Positions 1 to 7,523 of a DNA stretch of 24,000 bases are shown here, piece after piece. This DNA is from Rhizobium phage vB_RleM_P10VF, in sequence record KM199770.1. The stretch is one strand, 5' to 3'. The notes beneath the pieces are model-generated. The model made no database searches, was not told where the DNA came from, and saw only the letters and a program-made list of their open reading frames with translations. Numbering within the stretch: the stretch's first letter is position 1; the number at the start of each line of letters is the position of its first letter. A program made the position numbers and the translations under genes.

Positions 1-2
1 GA

Positions 3-164
3 TTGAACGGAGAACGCTTCTGGGTCATCGTGACCAGGTCCGAAGTGGTCGACGGAAAGATCCGTTACGAAGGCAAGGTGAACAACAAGCTTGTCATATA
101 CAAGATGCGTCTCGGAGCCAAGATTGCTTTCGGTCCTGAACACATCCTCGGACACATGGCTTAA
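3..164 (+). CDS. C-terminal end of a protein truncated by the window (…LNGERFWVIVTRSEVVDGKIRYEGKVNNKLVIYKMRLGAKIAFGPEHILGHMA*); weakly DUF2314-like pattern
   Basis: Open frame from the window edge to TAA at 162-164, followed by GGAG and the next gene. Confidence 0.6.
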   Translation: MNGERFWVIVTRSEVVDGKIRYEGKVNNKLVIYKMRLGAKIAFGPEHILGHMA

Positions 165-175
165 GGAGAGCGAAG

Positions 176-439
176 ATGATTACAGACAACTACGACGATT
201 TCCTCAATCTTGAGGAAATCCCAGTCTACTTCATCTACGTCCAGTCGAAACTCCTGTTTGGTCCGGACCGCGGAAAGATCTACACGACTCGTCTTCCGAA
301 CACGATCTTCGATCCGATGACAATTCAGCAGATTATCGACGAGGACAAGCAGACCGTCCTGAACTCGTTCGGTGAAGAATTCGTGAAGCACCGGAAATAC
401 CGCGTCTACAAGACTTTATGGACTGAAATCGAACTCTAA
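176..439 (+). CDS. hypothetical protein (87 aa)
   Basis: ATG after GGAGAGCG; strand and spacing fit the gene cassette. Confidence 0.75.
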   Translation: MITDNYDDFLNLEEIPVYFIYVQSKLLFGPDRGKIYTTRLPNTIFDPMTIQQIIDEDKQTVLNSFGEEFVKHRKYRVYKTLWTEIEL

Positions 440-456
440 TTCAACGGAGAATTTGC

Positions 457-1569
457 TTGCGTGTTCTAATTCTGAATTCATTCTATTATCCTCTTTACGC
501 CAACAAAGGAACGAACGGGACCTCCAGGTTCTGTGTCAACCAGCATCGCGTCATGAAACATTTCGGTCATGACGTCATGCATGTCACGTGCGAAGGATCG
601 GATCTCGTCTACCCTGGAGAGCAAGCGATCCTCAAAGGTCGTGTCGACATCATGGACGAGTCGAGGAAAGCGAAGTCCGACGTCACGAGGAAAATGGCAC
701 TCGAGATCATGCGCATCCACAACGAGTTTAAGCCGGACGTGGTTCTCGACAGCTGCAACAAGCGAATCATCACCACATTCGCCAGCAAGATCACCACGCC
801 GTATGTCTTCATGTCGCACAATCCGACTCCGATCGGCACCGGCGACATGACATCAACGAAGGAGATGTTCGACCGTCTGGGCATCCTTCACGTCGGTGTG
901 TCGCATTGGCAGAACAAGAAGTACGGTCACGTCTTTGACGACGTCATGAAGGTCCATCTTGCCGAAGGTGAATTCTGCGTTCCGGAGATCAAGGAGCACG
1001 AGAACTACGCTGTCTACATTTCTCGATGGGACAAGTACAAGGCTCCGTGGATCATCATCAACAAGTTCCTGAAGCACATCGACATGCCGCTTCACTTCTT
1101 CACGACTCTCGACGGCAACGATCTCACCGGAACTGACAAGGTTCTCGAGAAGCTGCAAGCGAACAGTCAGGTGACATTCCATGTCGATGCCGATCGATCT
1201 GTCATGCTTGACCACGTGTCACGAGCTCGAGTGTTTCTCGGCAATCCGTACGAGTCTGCGGGCATCGTCGCTCTCGAAGCCAACCAGAACGGAATTCCGT
1301 ACTTCGTCCATGTCCAGAACGACAAGCCGCTCGCTCAAGAAGAGTACCTCGTTCCTCGCGGCATGAAGAAGTCCGTTGGCGAGAACTACTACTCGGACTT
1401 CATCAAGCTCATCATCGACAATCACGACTTCGATGTTCGAGAATCACTCGCTCAGTCGACGAGAGAGGCATACGATGTCAACGCATTCTACGCAGACCAG
1501 ATGCGAGTGATCGAGAAGGCCAAGACTCAACGTCACAACGCTCTGCATCAAGAGCTGGATCTTTTCTGA
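457..1569 (+). CDS. glycosyltransferase, GT4/GT-B-like
   Basis: TTG start after CGGAGA (445-450). N-terminal 'MRVLILNSFYYP...GTSRFCVNQHRVMKHFGHDVMHVTCE' and C-terminal 'SRARVFLGNPYESAGIVALEANQNGIPYFV' are typical of GT-B retaining glycosyltransferases. Confidence 0.8.
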   Translation: MRVLILNSFYYPLYANKGTNGTSRFCVNQHRVMKHFGHDVMHVTCEGSDLVYPGEQAILKGRVDIMDESRKAKSDVTRKMALEIMRIHNEFKPDVVLDSCNKRIITTFASKITTPYVFMSHNPTPIGTGDMTSTKEMFDRLGILHVGVSHWQNKKYGHVFDDVMKVHLAEGEFCVPEIKEHENYAVYISRWDKYKAPWIIINKFLKHIDMPLHFFTTLDGNDLTGTDKVLEKLQANSQVTFHVDADRSVMLDHVSRARVFLGNPYESAGIVALEANQNGIPYFVHVQNDKPLAQEEYLVPRGMKKSVGENYYSDFIKLIIDNHDFDVRESLAQSTREAYDVNAFYADQMRVIEKAKTQRHNALHQELDLF

Positions 1570-1584
1570 AACTGCAAATTTCCT

Positions 1585-1612
1585 GTTTACGTTTCCGTGG
1601 TTTTGTTATAGA
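1585..1612 (+). promoter_or_regulatory. putative T4-early-like promoter: GTTTAC (1585-1590), 16 bp, TATAGA (1607-1612)
   Basis: Member of the intergenic motif family GTTT(A/C)-N-ATA. Confidence 0.6.
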
Positions 1613-1638
1613 TTGATTCTATAAACAAAAACCACGGA
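1594..1638 (+). promoter_or_regulatory. inverted repeat covering the SD: TCCGTGGTTTTG-TTATAG / CTATAA-AC-AAAAACCACGGA
   Basis: 11-bp perfect arm (1594-1604 with 1628-1638) plus inner TTATAG/CTATAA (1606-1611/1619-1624); right arm includes the first bases of CGGAGA. Confidence 0.75.
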
Positions 1639-1646
1639 GACTTCCA

Positions 1647-1919
1647 ATGATCATCCTTTCCACGAAAACATACGAAATTCTCCTCGCGAAATTCGAAGAC
1701 TCTGCTGATCTTCGCTACGTCGTTTTTGAAATCGAAGACGGAGTCCGCACCATCACGAACATCGCAGAGAGCGACAATCTTCGTCTTCTCGCTTCGATGA
1801 TTTTCGAACAAGTCCGCGATGAAGAATACGAGATCCACGGCAAGTGGAACTTCGGCAGAGCAACAACACCCGTCACCAAGATCCAGAAGATCCTCGAACA
1901 GTACGTGGAGCAGAACTAA
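1647..1919 (+). CDS. hypothetical protein (90 aa), paralogous to 2501..2842
   Basis: ATG after CGGAGA; C-terminus '…EIHGKWNFGRATTPVTKIQKIL' matches '…KIRGKWEFGRARTPDTRLFKAMQQIL' in 2501..2842. Confidence 0.8.
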   Translation: MIILSTKTYEILLAKFEDSADLRYVVFEIEDGVRTITNIAESDNLRLLASMIFEQVRDEEYEIHGKWNFGRATTPVTKIQKILEQYVEQN

Positions 1920-2320
1920 TGACCGATATCTCTATTCATCCGAAGAAACTCGAAGCGAAGTTTCTTTCTAGAGATCCTTTCGACGGCTACATTCTTCGCA
2001 TCGATCACGAGCGCAAAGATCGAGCCGGAAACCAGATCATCACTGACGTAATCGCTTTCGAGTGGCATACGGTCGTATCCTACAATGCTCTCGGCAAGTC
2101 CCACGTCATTTACGGAATGAAAGCTCCAGTTCGTCAGGTCTGGGAAGCCATCGACGCTTTCGGAAAGCCAGACAAAGTCGTTCGTACAGACGGCACCAAG
2201 TTCTGGGTCATGAACGCCTACTACAACAACGAAGGAAAGATCGATCGTCTTGAAGGCGGCAACTCATCTCCATTCACCATCATTTCTCGTACAACTCCTC
2301 TCTCGAAGGAAGAAATCTGA
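1919..2320 (+). CDS. hypothetical protein (133 aa)
   Basis: TAATG overlap with the upstream gene; the ORF track's 1844 start is probably too early. Confidence 0.75.
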   Translation: MTDISIHPKKLEAKFLSRDPFDGYILRIDHERKDRAGNQIITDVIAFEWHTVVSYNALGKSHVIYGMKAPVRQVWEAIDAFGKPDKVVRTDGTKFWVMNAYYNNEGKIDRLEGGNSSPFTIISRTTPLSKEEI

Positions 2321-2499
2321 TGACTTTCAGAGAACTCTTGGCAATGCAGTACAAGCACAAGGTGATGGTCGACAATATCGTCTACCAGAAAGAACGACTT
2401 CGTTCTATGGAACCAGGTCCTGGAGCTTGGAAGAGACAGAAACAACACATCGAAAATCTGGAACGCGAATTCGACGAGTTCCTCGACACGGAGATCTGA
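2320..2499 (+). CDS. hypothetical small protein (59 aa) MTFRELLAMQYKHKVMVDNIVYQKERLRSMEPGPGAWKRQKQHIENLEREFDEFLDTEI
   Basis: TGATG overlap with the upstream stop; fills the gap to the 2501 gene; too short for the supplied ORF track. Confidence 0.7.
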   Translation: MTFRELLAMQYKHKVMVDNIVYQKERLRSMEPGPGAWKRQKQHIENLEREFDEFLDTEI

Positions 2500-2500
2500 A

Positions 2501-2842
2501 ATGGCTGAACAACCGAAGATGGTCATCTTTGACAGAGGCAACAAACCTCTCTTCAACATGGAGATCGAGCTCGAGTACCAGAAGGACATCGACAAGTTTC
2601 TCGTTATCGTCTTCGAGGTCGATGAAATCTACGGCAAGGATCACTACACGATCTACGACATCGTCCAAGTCGACAAGCGAAACGAACACGGTCTTCGTGA
2701 CACAGCTCGTTTCATCTGGATGCGAATCGATCACACCGACCTCGTGAAGATCCGTGGCAAGTGGGAGTTCGGTAGAGCTCGTACGCCTGACACCAGGCTC
2801 TTCAAGGCAATGCAACAAATTCTCAACGGAGAACAGAAATGA
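2501..2842 (+). CDS. hypothetical protein (113 aa), paralogue of 1647..1919
   Basis: ATG directly after the preceding stop; shared GKW.FGRA.TP block. Confidence 0.8.
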   Translation: MAEQPKMVIFDRGNKPLFNMEIELEYQKDIDKFLVIVFEVDEIYGKDHYTIYDIVQVDKRNEHGLRDTARFIWMRIDHTDLVKIRGKWEFGRARTPDTRLFKAMQQILNGEQK

Positions 2843-3048
2843 CACGGACCAAAGAGCAAATTCTCGGTACGATCGACGAGTACATGCATTACGCTCTTCA
2901 AGAAGAAGAGATCATGTTGAAATGCGGTCCTGGTGACCCGTATCTTCGTATCGCCAAGATCAACGTCGACTACTATCTCGCGTGTGCAGCTGCTCTCGAA
3001 CGCGGCGAGACGCATCTCGAAGTTCATCACAAAGATCGGTTCAAGTGA
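2839..3048 (+). CDS. hypothetical protein (69 aa)
   Basis: ATGA overlap with the upstream gene. Confidence 0.75.
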   Translation: MTRTKEQILGTIDEYMHYALQEEEIMLKCGPGDPYLRIAKINVDYYLACAAALERGETHLEVHHKDRFK

Positions 3049-3094
3049 CGAGTCTCTAGACTCATTTGAAGTCACACAGTAGAACACAGGGACC

Positions 3095-3150
3095 GGGTGG
3101 ATAACTCGGTCTCGTCCGATTAATAATCTATAATCGGGTCCTGGATTAAT
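3095..3150 (+). repeat. dispersed non-coding stem-loop element, copy A
   Basis: CCGATTA-ATAATCTA-TAATCGG hairpin (3116-3137); 18-nt identical core GATTAATAATCTATAATC shared with the reverse complement of copy B, plus partial flanking similarity. Confidence 0.75.
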
Positions 3151-3264
3151 CCCTAGTAACTACCTGAATTAATCATCGAACTGTTCAAAAATTCGGTTCT
3201 CTTTGTTTCTCGACTGAAATAAATTCAAATCAACAAATTCTTTCGGTGGGTGGGTAAATCAATA

Positions 3265-3549
3265 ATGAACGAAGAACTTAACATTGAATCAGTAGAAGAT
3301 GTGTTCATCGTCAAGGATGGAAAGCTCTCCATCAGAGACGGAATTGACGCATCTTTTGCGACGAAATTCTTGGTCGACAAAGTTAACGAGTCGGCAAGGA
3401 ATCAGAATGCAGAGTCTATGAAAGACCTGATTCTGAAAGCTACTGTAGCGGCGGTGGCTAGCATAGACAAAGTCCTCGAAGGGTACAAGGCGATCCTTGC
3501 TGAGATCCATACTTCGGTGACTGAACAGACTTCTTCAATCAACAACTAG
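3265..3549 (+). CDS. hypothetical protein (95 aa)
   Basis: ATG at 3265 is the likely start (the ORF track begins at a GTG at 3250 inside GGTGGGTGGG). Confidence 0.7.
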   Translation: MNEELNIESVEDVFIVKDGKLSIRDGIDASFATKFLVDKVNESARNQNAESMKDLILKATVAAVASIDKVLEGYKAILAEIHTSVTEQTSSINN

Positions 3550-3559
3550 GGTTGGGACA

Positions 3560-3862
3560 ATGGGGTTAACGCTTTTCGTCTACGGGGAAGTATCATCTTT
3601 GAATTTCGAAGTTCTGCCGAAAATCGAGGATGATCAAGACGCTTATTATCACCTCCAAACATGCATCGAAGACGTAAGTCGCTGCATCGCTGCTGGCAAG
3701 AAAGTCCTTGCTACGCACATTCCGATATCCACTCCCGAGTTCGACGACTGGGTCGAAAACGGTTACTTCTCTTCTTCCACTGAAAAGCTGTTGAAAGACA
3801 GAATCAGACAAACGCAAGCTATCCAGCTGCCAGAAGAAGACGAAGACGACGATTCCTGCTGA
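3560..3862 (+). CDS. hypothetical protein (100 aa), acidic C-terminus
   Basis: ATG start, co-directional, short intergenic gap. Confidence 0.7.
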   Translation: MGLTLFVYGEVSSLNFEVLPKIEDDQDAYYHLQTCIEDVSRCIAAGKKVLATHIPISTPEFDDWVENGYFSSSTEKLLKDRIRQTQAIQLPEEDEDDDSC

Positions 3863-3913
3863 GATTGCTATCTGCCTAATATACCTCATCAGAAACAGAT
3901 GGGGTATAGGTAC

Positions 3914-4210
3914 ATGGCGATCAAGAAGGAAAATGCTCTTCCGATAGCTTCTATCGTCGCTGTTCTTGCCACTGCCTTTTCTATCTGGACTGGTGTGTTT
4001 GACAGAGGCGTAACAAACGGTTCGCTGTCCGAGAAGGTCAACTACATCGATCAGAACGTCAAGAAGATCAATGACTGGATCGAAAAGAAGCAGGCTCAGG
4101 AGCCAGACCTCCAGAGAAGCTTCCAGGACGTAAAGATCGACGTCGTCAGGCTTCAGGAGCAGCTGAACTCGTTGAAGACGAAGGTTGAAGAAATCGAGAG
4201 GCGCAGATGA
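3914..4210 (+). CDS. small single-TM protein with C-terminal coiled coil
   Basis: 'ALPIASIVAVLATAFSIWTGVF' hydrophobic segment followed by heptad-like '…LQEQLNSLKTKVEEIERRR'. Confidence 0.75.
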   Translation: MAIKKENALPIASIVAVLATAFSIWTGVFDRGVTNGSLSEKVNYIDQNVKKINDWIEKKQAQEPDLQRSFQDVKIDVVRLQEQLNSLKTKVEEIERRR

Positions 4211-4359
4211 AAGCATACTCAGTGACTGTGTTACTTCCATCTGGCCGAACGACTCGAACGGTGATCTACGCGGACAGTGTCTCTGCTGCTCGCGAGATTG
4301 CTGGAATCATCTTCACGCAAGAAAAGGTGATGAACGCACCAGTTGAGGTGGCTCTGTGA
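4207..4359 (+). CDS. hypothetical small protein (50 aa) MKAYSVTVLLPSGRTTRTVIYADSVSAAREIAGIIFTQEKVMNAPVEVAL
   Basis: ATGA overlap with upstream stop and overlap with downstream GTG; short, hence absent from the ORF track. Confidence 0.65.
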   Translation: MKAYSVTVLLPSGRTTRTVIYADSVSAAREIAGIIFTQEKVMNAPVEVAL

Positions 4360-5144
4360 TCAAAGCCGCCTCTCAGTCCAAGAGTTACGACTTCACTCGA
4401 AACGAAGCAGGTAAGCGTCTTCCGAAGATGCAGATCACTTCGAAGAAAGTCATTCCGACTGCACTGGACGATATCGGACAGCTGTACGACGATCTGAGTT
4501 CAGGCAATCTCAATGCGCCTCGGACTCCAGAGACTGTCGTCACTCTGACACTTCCGAACGAACTCGCATTCGCGTCAGAATTCGACTGGTCATTCGACGA
4601 GAAAAACATTCTCCAGTCGCTGATCGGTAGCATCAATTCGAACAAGACTATCGACACCGTGAATGAGAAACCAGAGGCTGTGTTCTCTGGACTCGCTTCT
4701 CGTATCGGAGTGGCTGCATCAGGTGCATTCGGCGGAGACATCGTCTTCAAGAATGCTGGATACGCTCTCGCTCCTCTGAAGGAGATCTTCTTCAACGGCA
4801 ATGGCAATCGTACGTTCAACTGGTCATGGGACTTCGCTCCGAAGAATACGCAGGAGTCTGAGAACCTTACGCACATGATCGAACGCATCAACGAACAGTC
4901 GCATCCGATCATGCAAGATCTCGGTGTCTTCCAGATCCCGAATGAGTTCGAGATCGAGTGGATCAACTGCAGACTCCCGAAGATCACGACACTCGCATGT
5001 ACGTCGTTCACAATGGATCCTTTCGCAGCTGGCTCTCCGCGCTTCTTGCCGAACGACTCTCCGGCTTTCGTTCGAGTCGTTGCCACGTTCACCGAGATCG
5101 GGATCCAGACTCGAAACACTCTCGAAAATCTAAGGAGCGATTGA
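4356..5144 (+). CDS. baseplate tail-tube cap/initiator-like protein (T4 gp48/gp54-type)
   Basis: 'LAPLKEIFFNGNGNRTFNWSWDFAPKNTQESENLTHMIERINEQSHPI' resembles the gp48/gp54 family block (RxFxFxWxFxPKNxxEsxxIxxII…P); followed by a gp53-like gene. Confidence 0.6.
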   Translation: MIKAASQSKSYDFTRNEAGKRLPKMQITSKKVIPTALDDIGQLYDDLSSGNLNAPRTPETVVTLTLPNELAFASEFDWSFDEKNILQSLIGSINSNKTIDTVNEKPEAVFSGLASRIGVAASGAFGGDIVFKNAGYALAPLKEIFFNGNGNRTFNWSWDFAPKNTQESENLTHMIERINEQSHPIMQDLGVFQIPNEFEIEWINCRLPKITTLACTSFTMDPFAAGSPRFLPNDSPAFVRVVATFTEIGIQTRNTLENLRSD

Positions 5145-5145
5145 T

Positions 5146-5733
5146 TTGTCTTTCTTTAAGAGCTTTCCATTCGCGAACTTCACATTCGACGACAAGACGT
5201 TCCAGATCGAGGACCTTACTCGTCGAGTCGTGTTCGAACCGAAAACATTTTCGAACTACTCCTACGTCTATGACATCGACGTATCGGACACTCGTCCTGA
5301 CATCGCTTCTCAGCTTCTCTACCAGAACGTGAACTACTGGTGGACATTCTTCATCGTCAACGGAATCACCATCAACGAATGGCCGATGTCTGACGGGGAG
5401 CTCGAGGATTACTTGTCGTCGAAGTTCACTGAGTACCAGCTCGAGCAGACCTACGGCTACTTCAATGACGACGGTGTTCAAGTTCCTGCATACGGCTTCA
5501 CTGCATTTCGAACCGAGGACAAGGTCGTCAACTACGCCCTGAACAGAGACGACTTCCTGAATCCTTCTGGCAACATGGCGAAGACTCGATTCAACCGAAT
5601 GACCGTTCGAGAGTTCCACACGGACCAGAACGAGAAGCGCAAGAAGATTCGTGCTGTTCGGGCAGAATTCATCGGTCGCTTCTTTGACGACTTCCGAAAC
5701 AGGATCAAAAATGAAGTCGATCTTGGCATCTAA
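5146..5733 (+). CDS. 53: baseplate wedge subunit, T4 gp53-like
   Basis: TTG start after TAAGGAG; 'DTRPDIASQLLYQNVNYWWTFFIVNGI…WPMSDGELEDYL' is the typical gp53/LysM-less wedge pattern. Confidence 0.75.
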   Translation: MSFFKSFPFANFTFDDKTFQIEDLTRRVVFEPKTFSNYSYVYDIDVSDTRPDIASQLLYQNVNYWWTFFIVNGITINEWPMSDGELEDYLSSKFTEYQLEQTYGYFNDDGVQVPAYGFTAFRTEDKVVNYALNRDDFLNPSGNMAKTRFNRMTVREFHTDQNEKRKKIRAVRAEFIGRFFDDFRNRIKNEVDLGI

Positions 5734-5734
5734 C

Positions 5735-5763
5735 GTTTCATTCTTTGATTAACGTTTGATATC
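5735..5763 (+). promoter_or_regulatory. putative T4-early-like promoter: GTTTCA (5735-5740), 17 bp, GATATC (5758-5763)
   Basis: Motif family member; in the 112-bp gap after gene 53. Confidence 0.5.
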
Positions 5764-5845
5764 CTACTTTCATCACCACAAGTCTTCATCTGCTCTGTTC
5801 GCTGGCTGATGGAGGTTCTTTTCACAAGCGACACGGATAACTGAA

Positions 5846-6211
5846 ATGACTGACGCATCTTCTCTCGGCCATGAGCTGAAGGAATACTACTGGGTCTCGA
5901 AGACCGGCTACAAGCTGCTGATCGCTGTTTCCAAAGGCTTCGACGGCGGCCTCACGTTCAACACAGCTTCTCTGAAGTGCGAACCGTTCTTCAAGGACAT
6001 GTTCCGCAAGCTGACTGGACGTCTCTACCACTCTGGTGGTTACATCACCGACTCCGACAACAATCACATGGAAGTCCAGGAACTCTTCGACTTCGCTGCG
6101 TATTCTCGTGGTCGTCCTCCAGTCGAAGGATCTCTCAAGGAGGTCGTGATCGACTCCAATCGATTCATGTTTGGTGAGTACAAGCCTGCTTACCTCTACA
6201 AGATCTACTAA
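5846..6211 (+). CDS. hypothetical protein (121 aa)
   Basis: ATG start, co-directional. Confidence 0.75.
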   Translation: MTDASSLGHELKEYYWVSKTGYKLLIAVSKGFDGGLTFNTASLKCEPFFKDMFRKLTGRLYHSGGYITDSDNNHMEVQELFDFAAYSRGRPPVEGSLKEVVIDSNRFMFGEYKPAYLYKIY

Positions 6212-6226
6212 GAAAGGATAAGTTCA

Positions 6227-7417
6227 TTGAATGAACTGATGAAACGTCTGAAGAAGGCGACAGCCAAGGCGACCGACACGAAGTCCTTGTCTGAAACAGA
6301 CTTCTTCGACTACAAGTACTGCGCTCCGTCTGACATCTACCTCTTCAACCTCGTCACCTCTGGTCGTCTTCGCGATTCTGGTATCGGTCCAGGTGTGACA
6401 ATCCTCTCCGGTCAGTCACGTACGTACAAGACCGTGACCGGCATCAACTTCGTCCACGCTTTCCTCGAAAAGTTCAAGGACGGCTTCTGCGTCTTCTACG
6501 ACTCGGAAATGGGTGGTCCTGGCTACTGGGATATGGTCGGAGCTGATACAGATCGGATCCTTCACGTCACGATCCAGAACATCGAAGAGCTCAAGTTCGA
6601 CATGGCCAAGAAGCTCGACGAGATCAAGATGGGTGACAAGGTCATCTTCTTCATCGACTCTCTCGGCATGCTTGCGTCGAAGAAAGAGGCGATGGATGCT
6701 CTGAACGAGAACGCCGCAGCTGACATGACTCGTGCGAAGGAACTCAAGTCGTTCTTCCGCCAGAGCACTCCGGCCATGAACGATCTCCATCTTCCGTTGA
6801 TCGCCATCAACAACAACTATGCTTCCATGGACAAGTACGCACCAGAAGCTATGGGTGGAGGCGGTGGTATCGTTCTTGCAGCGAACACAATCTTGTGGTT
6901 CAAGAAGTTCAAGCTGAAGGACGGCAACAGCAAGGACACCGCTGCTGGATCTGAAGTCGCTGGTCACACGTTCCGCATCACGGTCGACAAGTCTCGCTTC
7001 ATCAAGGAAGGCACTAAGCTGCACTTCCGAGTGATGTATGGCGAAAATCGTCCTCGTCGTCACACCGGTCTCTGGGAACTCGCCATCATCACTGGCGACA
7101 TCTACTCTCCTTCCAAAGGCTGGCGCGCTGCGAAGGTCGTCGACGAGAACGGTGTTCCTCTTCCGAAGGATCAGCATCCCAAGTTCCGAGAGAACGACAA
7201 GTATCTCGACGAAGAGTTCTGGGAAGAGCTGATGTTCAAGAAGACGAACTTCATCAGGAACGCAGAAGCTCGTGTGTCTCTGACGTACGAACTGTTGCCT
7301 GGTGAAATCGATCTCACCGATGAGAACGCTGAACGTCAAGCCGAACTTGCAAATCTTGAAGATGGTGAATTCGAAGACGTCGCATTCGATCCTGTAACTG
7401 GCGAAATCGAAGACTAA
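6227..7417 (+). CDS. uvsX: UvsX RecA-like recombinase
   Basis: TTG start; 'GPGVTILSGQSRTYKTVTGINFVHAF…FYDSEMG' matches the UvsX Walker A/B region (T4: GPSKSFKS…FYDSEFG). Confidence 0.93.
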   Translation: MNELMKRLKKATAKATDTKSLSETDFFDYKYCAPSDIYLFNLVTSGRLRDSGIGPGVTILSGQSRTYKTVTGINFVHAFLEKFKDGFCVFYDSEMGGPGYWDMVGADTDRILHVTIQNIEELKFDMAKKLDEIKMGDKVIFFIDSLGMLASKKEAMDALNENAAADMTRAKELKSFFRQSTPAMNDLHLPLIAINNNYASMDKYAPEAMGGGGGIVLAANTILWFKKFKLKDGNSKDTAAGSEVAGHTFRITVDKSRFIKEGTKLHFRVMYGENRPRRHTGLWELAIITGDIYSPSKGWRAAKVVDENGVPLPKDQHPKFRENDKYLDEEFWEELMFKKTNFIRNAEARVSLTYELLPGEIDLTDENAERQAELANLEDGEFEDVAFDPVTGEIED

Positions 7418-7432
7418 CGTTTCTCAAAGAAC

Positions 7433-7461
7433 GTTTCTTAATCAGACGCATCCGTGATAAA
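7433..7461 (+). promoter_or_regulatory. putative T4-early-like promoter: GTTTCT (7433-7438), 17 bp, GATAAA (7456-7461)
   Basis: Motif family member upstream of the helicase gene. Confidence 0.55.
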
Positions 7462-7488
7462 TTAGTCATAACAAATCACGGATGCGTC
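7445..7488 (+). promoter_or_regulatory. 14-bp perfect inverted repeat GACGCATCCGTGAT … ATCACGGATGCGTC
   Basis: 7445-7458 pairs exactly with 7475-7488, 16-nt loop. Confidence 0.9.
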
Positions 7489-7523
7489 GGCATCTCCAAG
7501 TCTTCCACAAGAACAAGATATTC

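Larger units (their letters stand above)
1579..1644 (+). repeat. copy 1 of a 65-66 bp promoter/leader module (second copy at 17120-17184)
   Basis: TTTCCTGTTTACGTTTCCGTGGTTTTG…TAGATTGATTC.ATAAACAAAA.CCACGGAGACTTC shared by both loci. Confidence 0.9.

Noticed and set aside
1619-1630. T4 late promoter TATAAATA-like strings (CTATAAACAAA at 1619, CATAAACAAA at 17161, CATAACAA near 7468 and 14216)
   Set aside because: Recurrent and possibly meaningful, but none is an exact TATAAATA and they overlap the hairpin/TSS region; I could not separate a late-promoter signal from the early-like motif.
1844-1918. N-terminal extension of the 1919..2320 gene in the ORF track
   Set aside because: It would overlap the 1647..1919 gene by 75 nt. 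The TAATG overlap start at 1919 fits the genome's coupling style.
3050-3063. GAGTCTCTAGACTC palindrome as an intrinsic terminator after 2839..3048
   Set aside because: Short 5-bp stem and no following U-tract; kept only as part of the structured intergenic region.
3205-3232. Additional promoter candidate GTTTCT at 3205
   Set aside because: The expected -10 position reads AAATCA, too poor to include in the motif family.
6416-7339. 307-aa minus-strand ORF
   Set aside because: Antisense shadow of uvsX.
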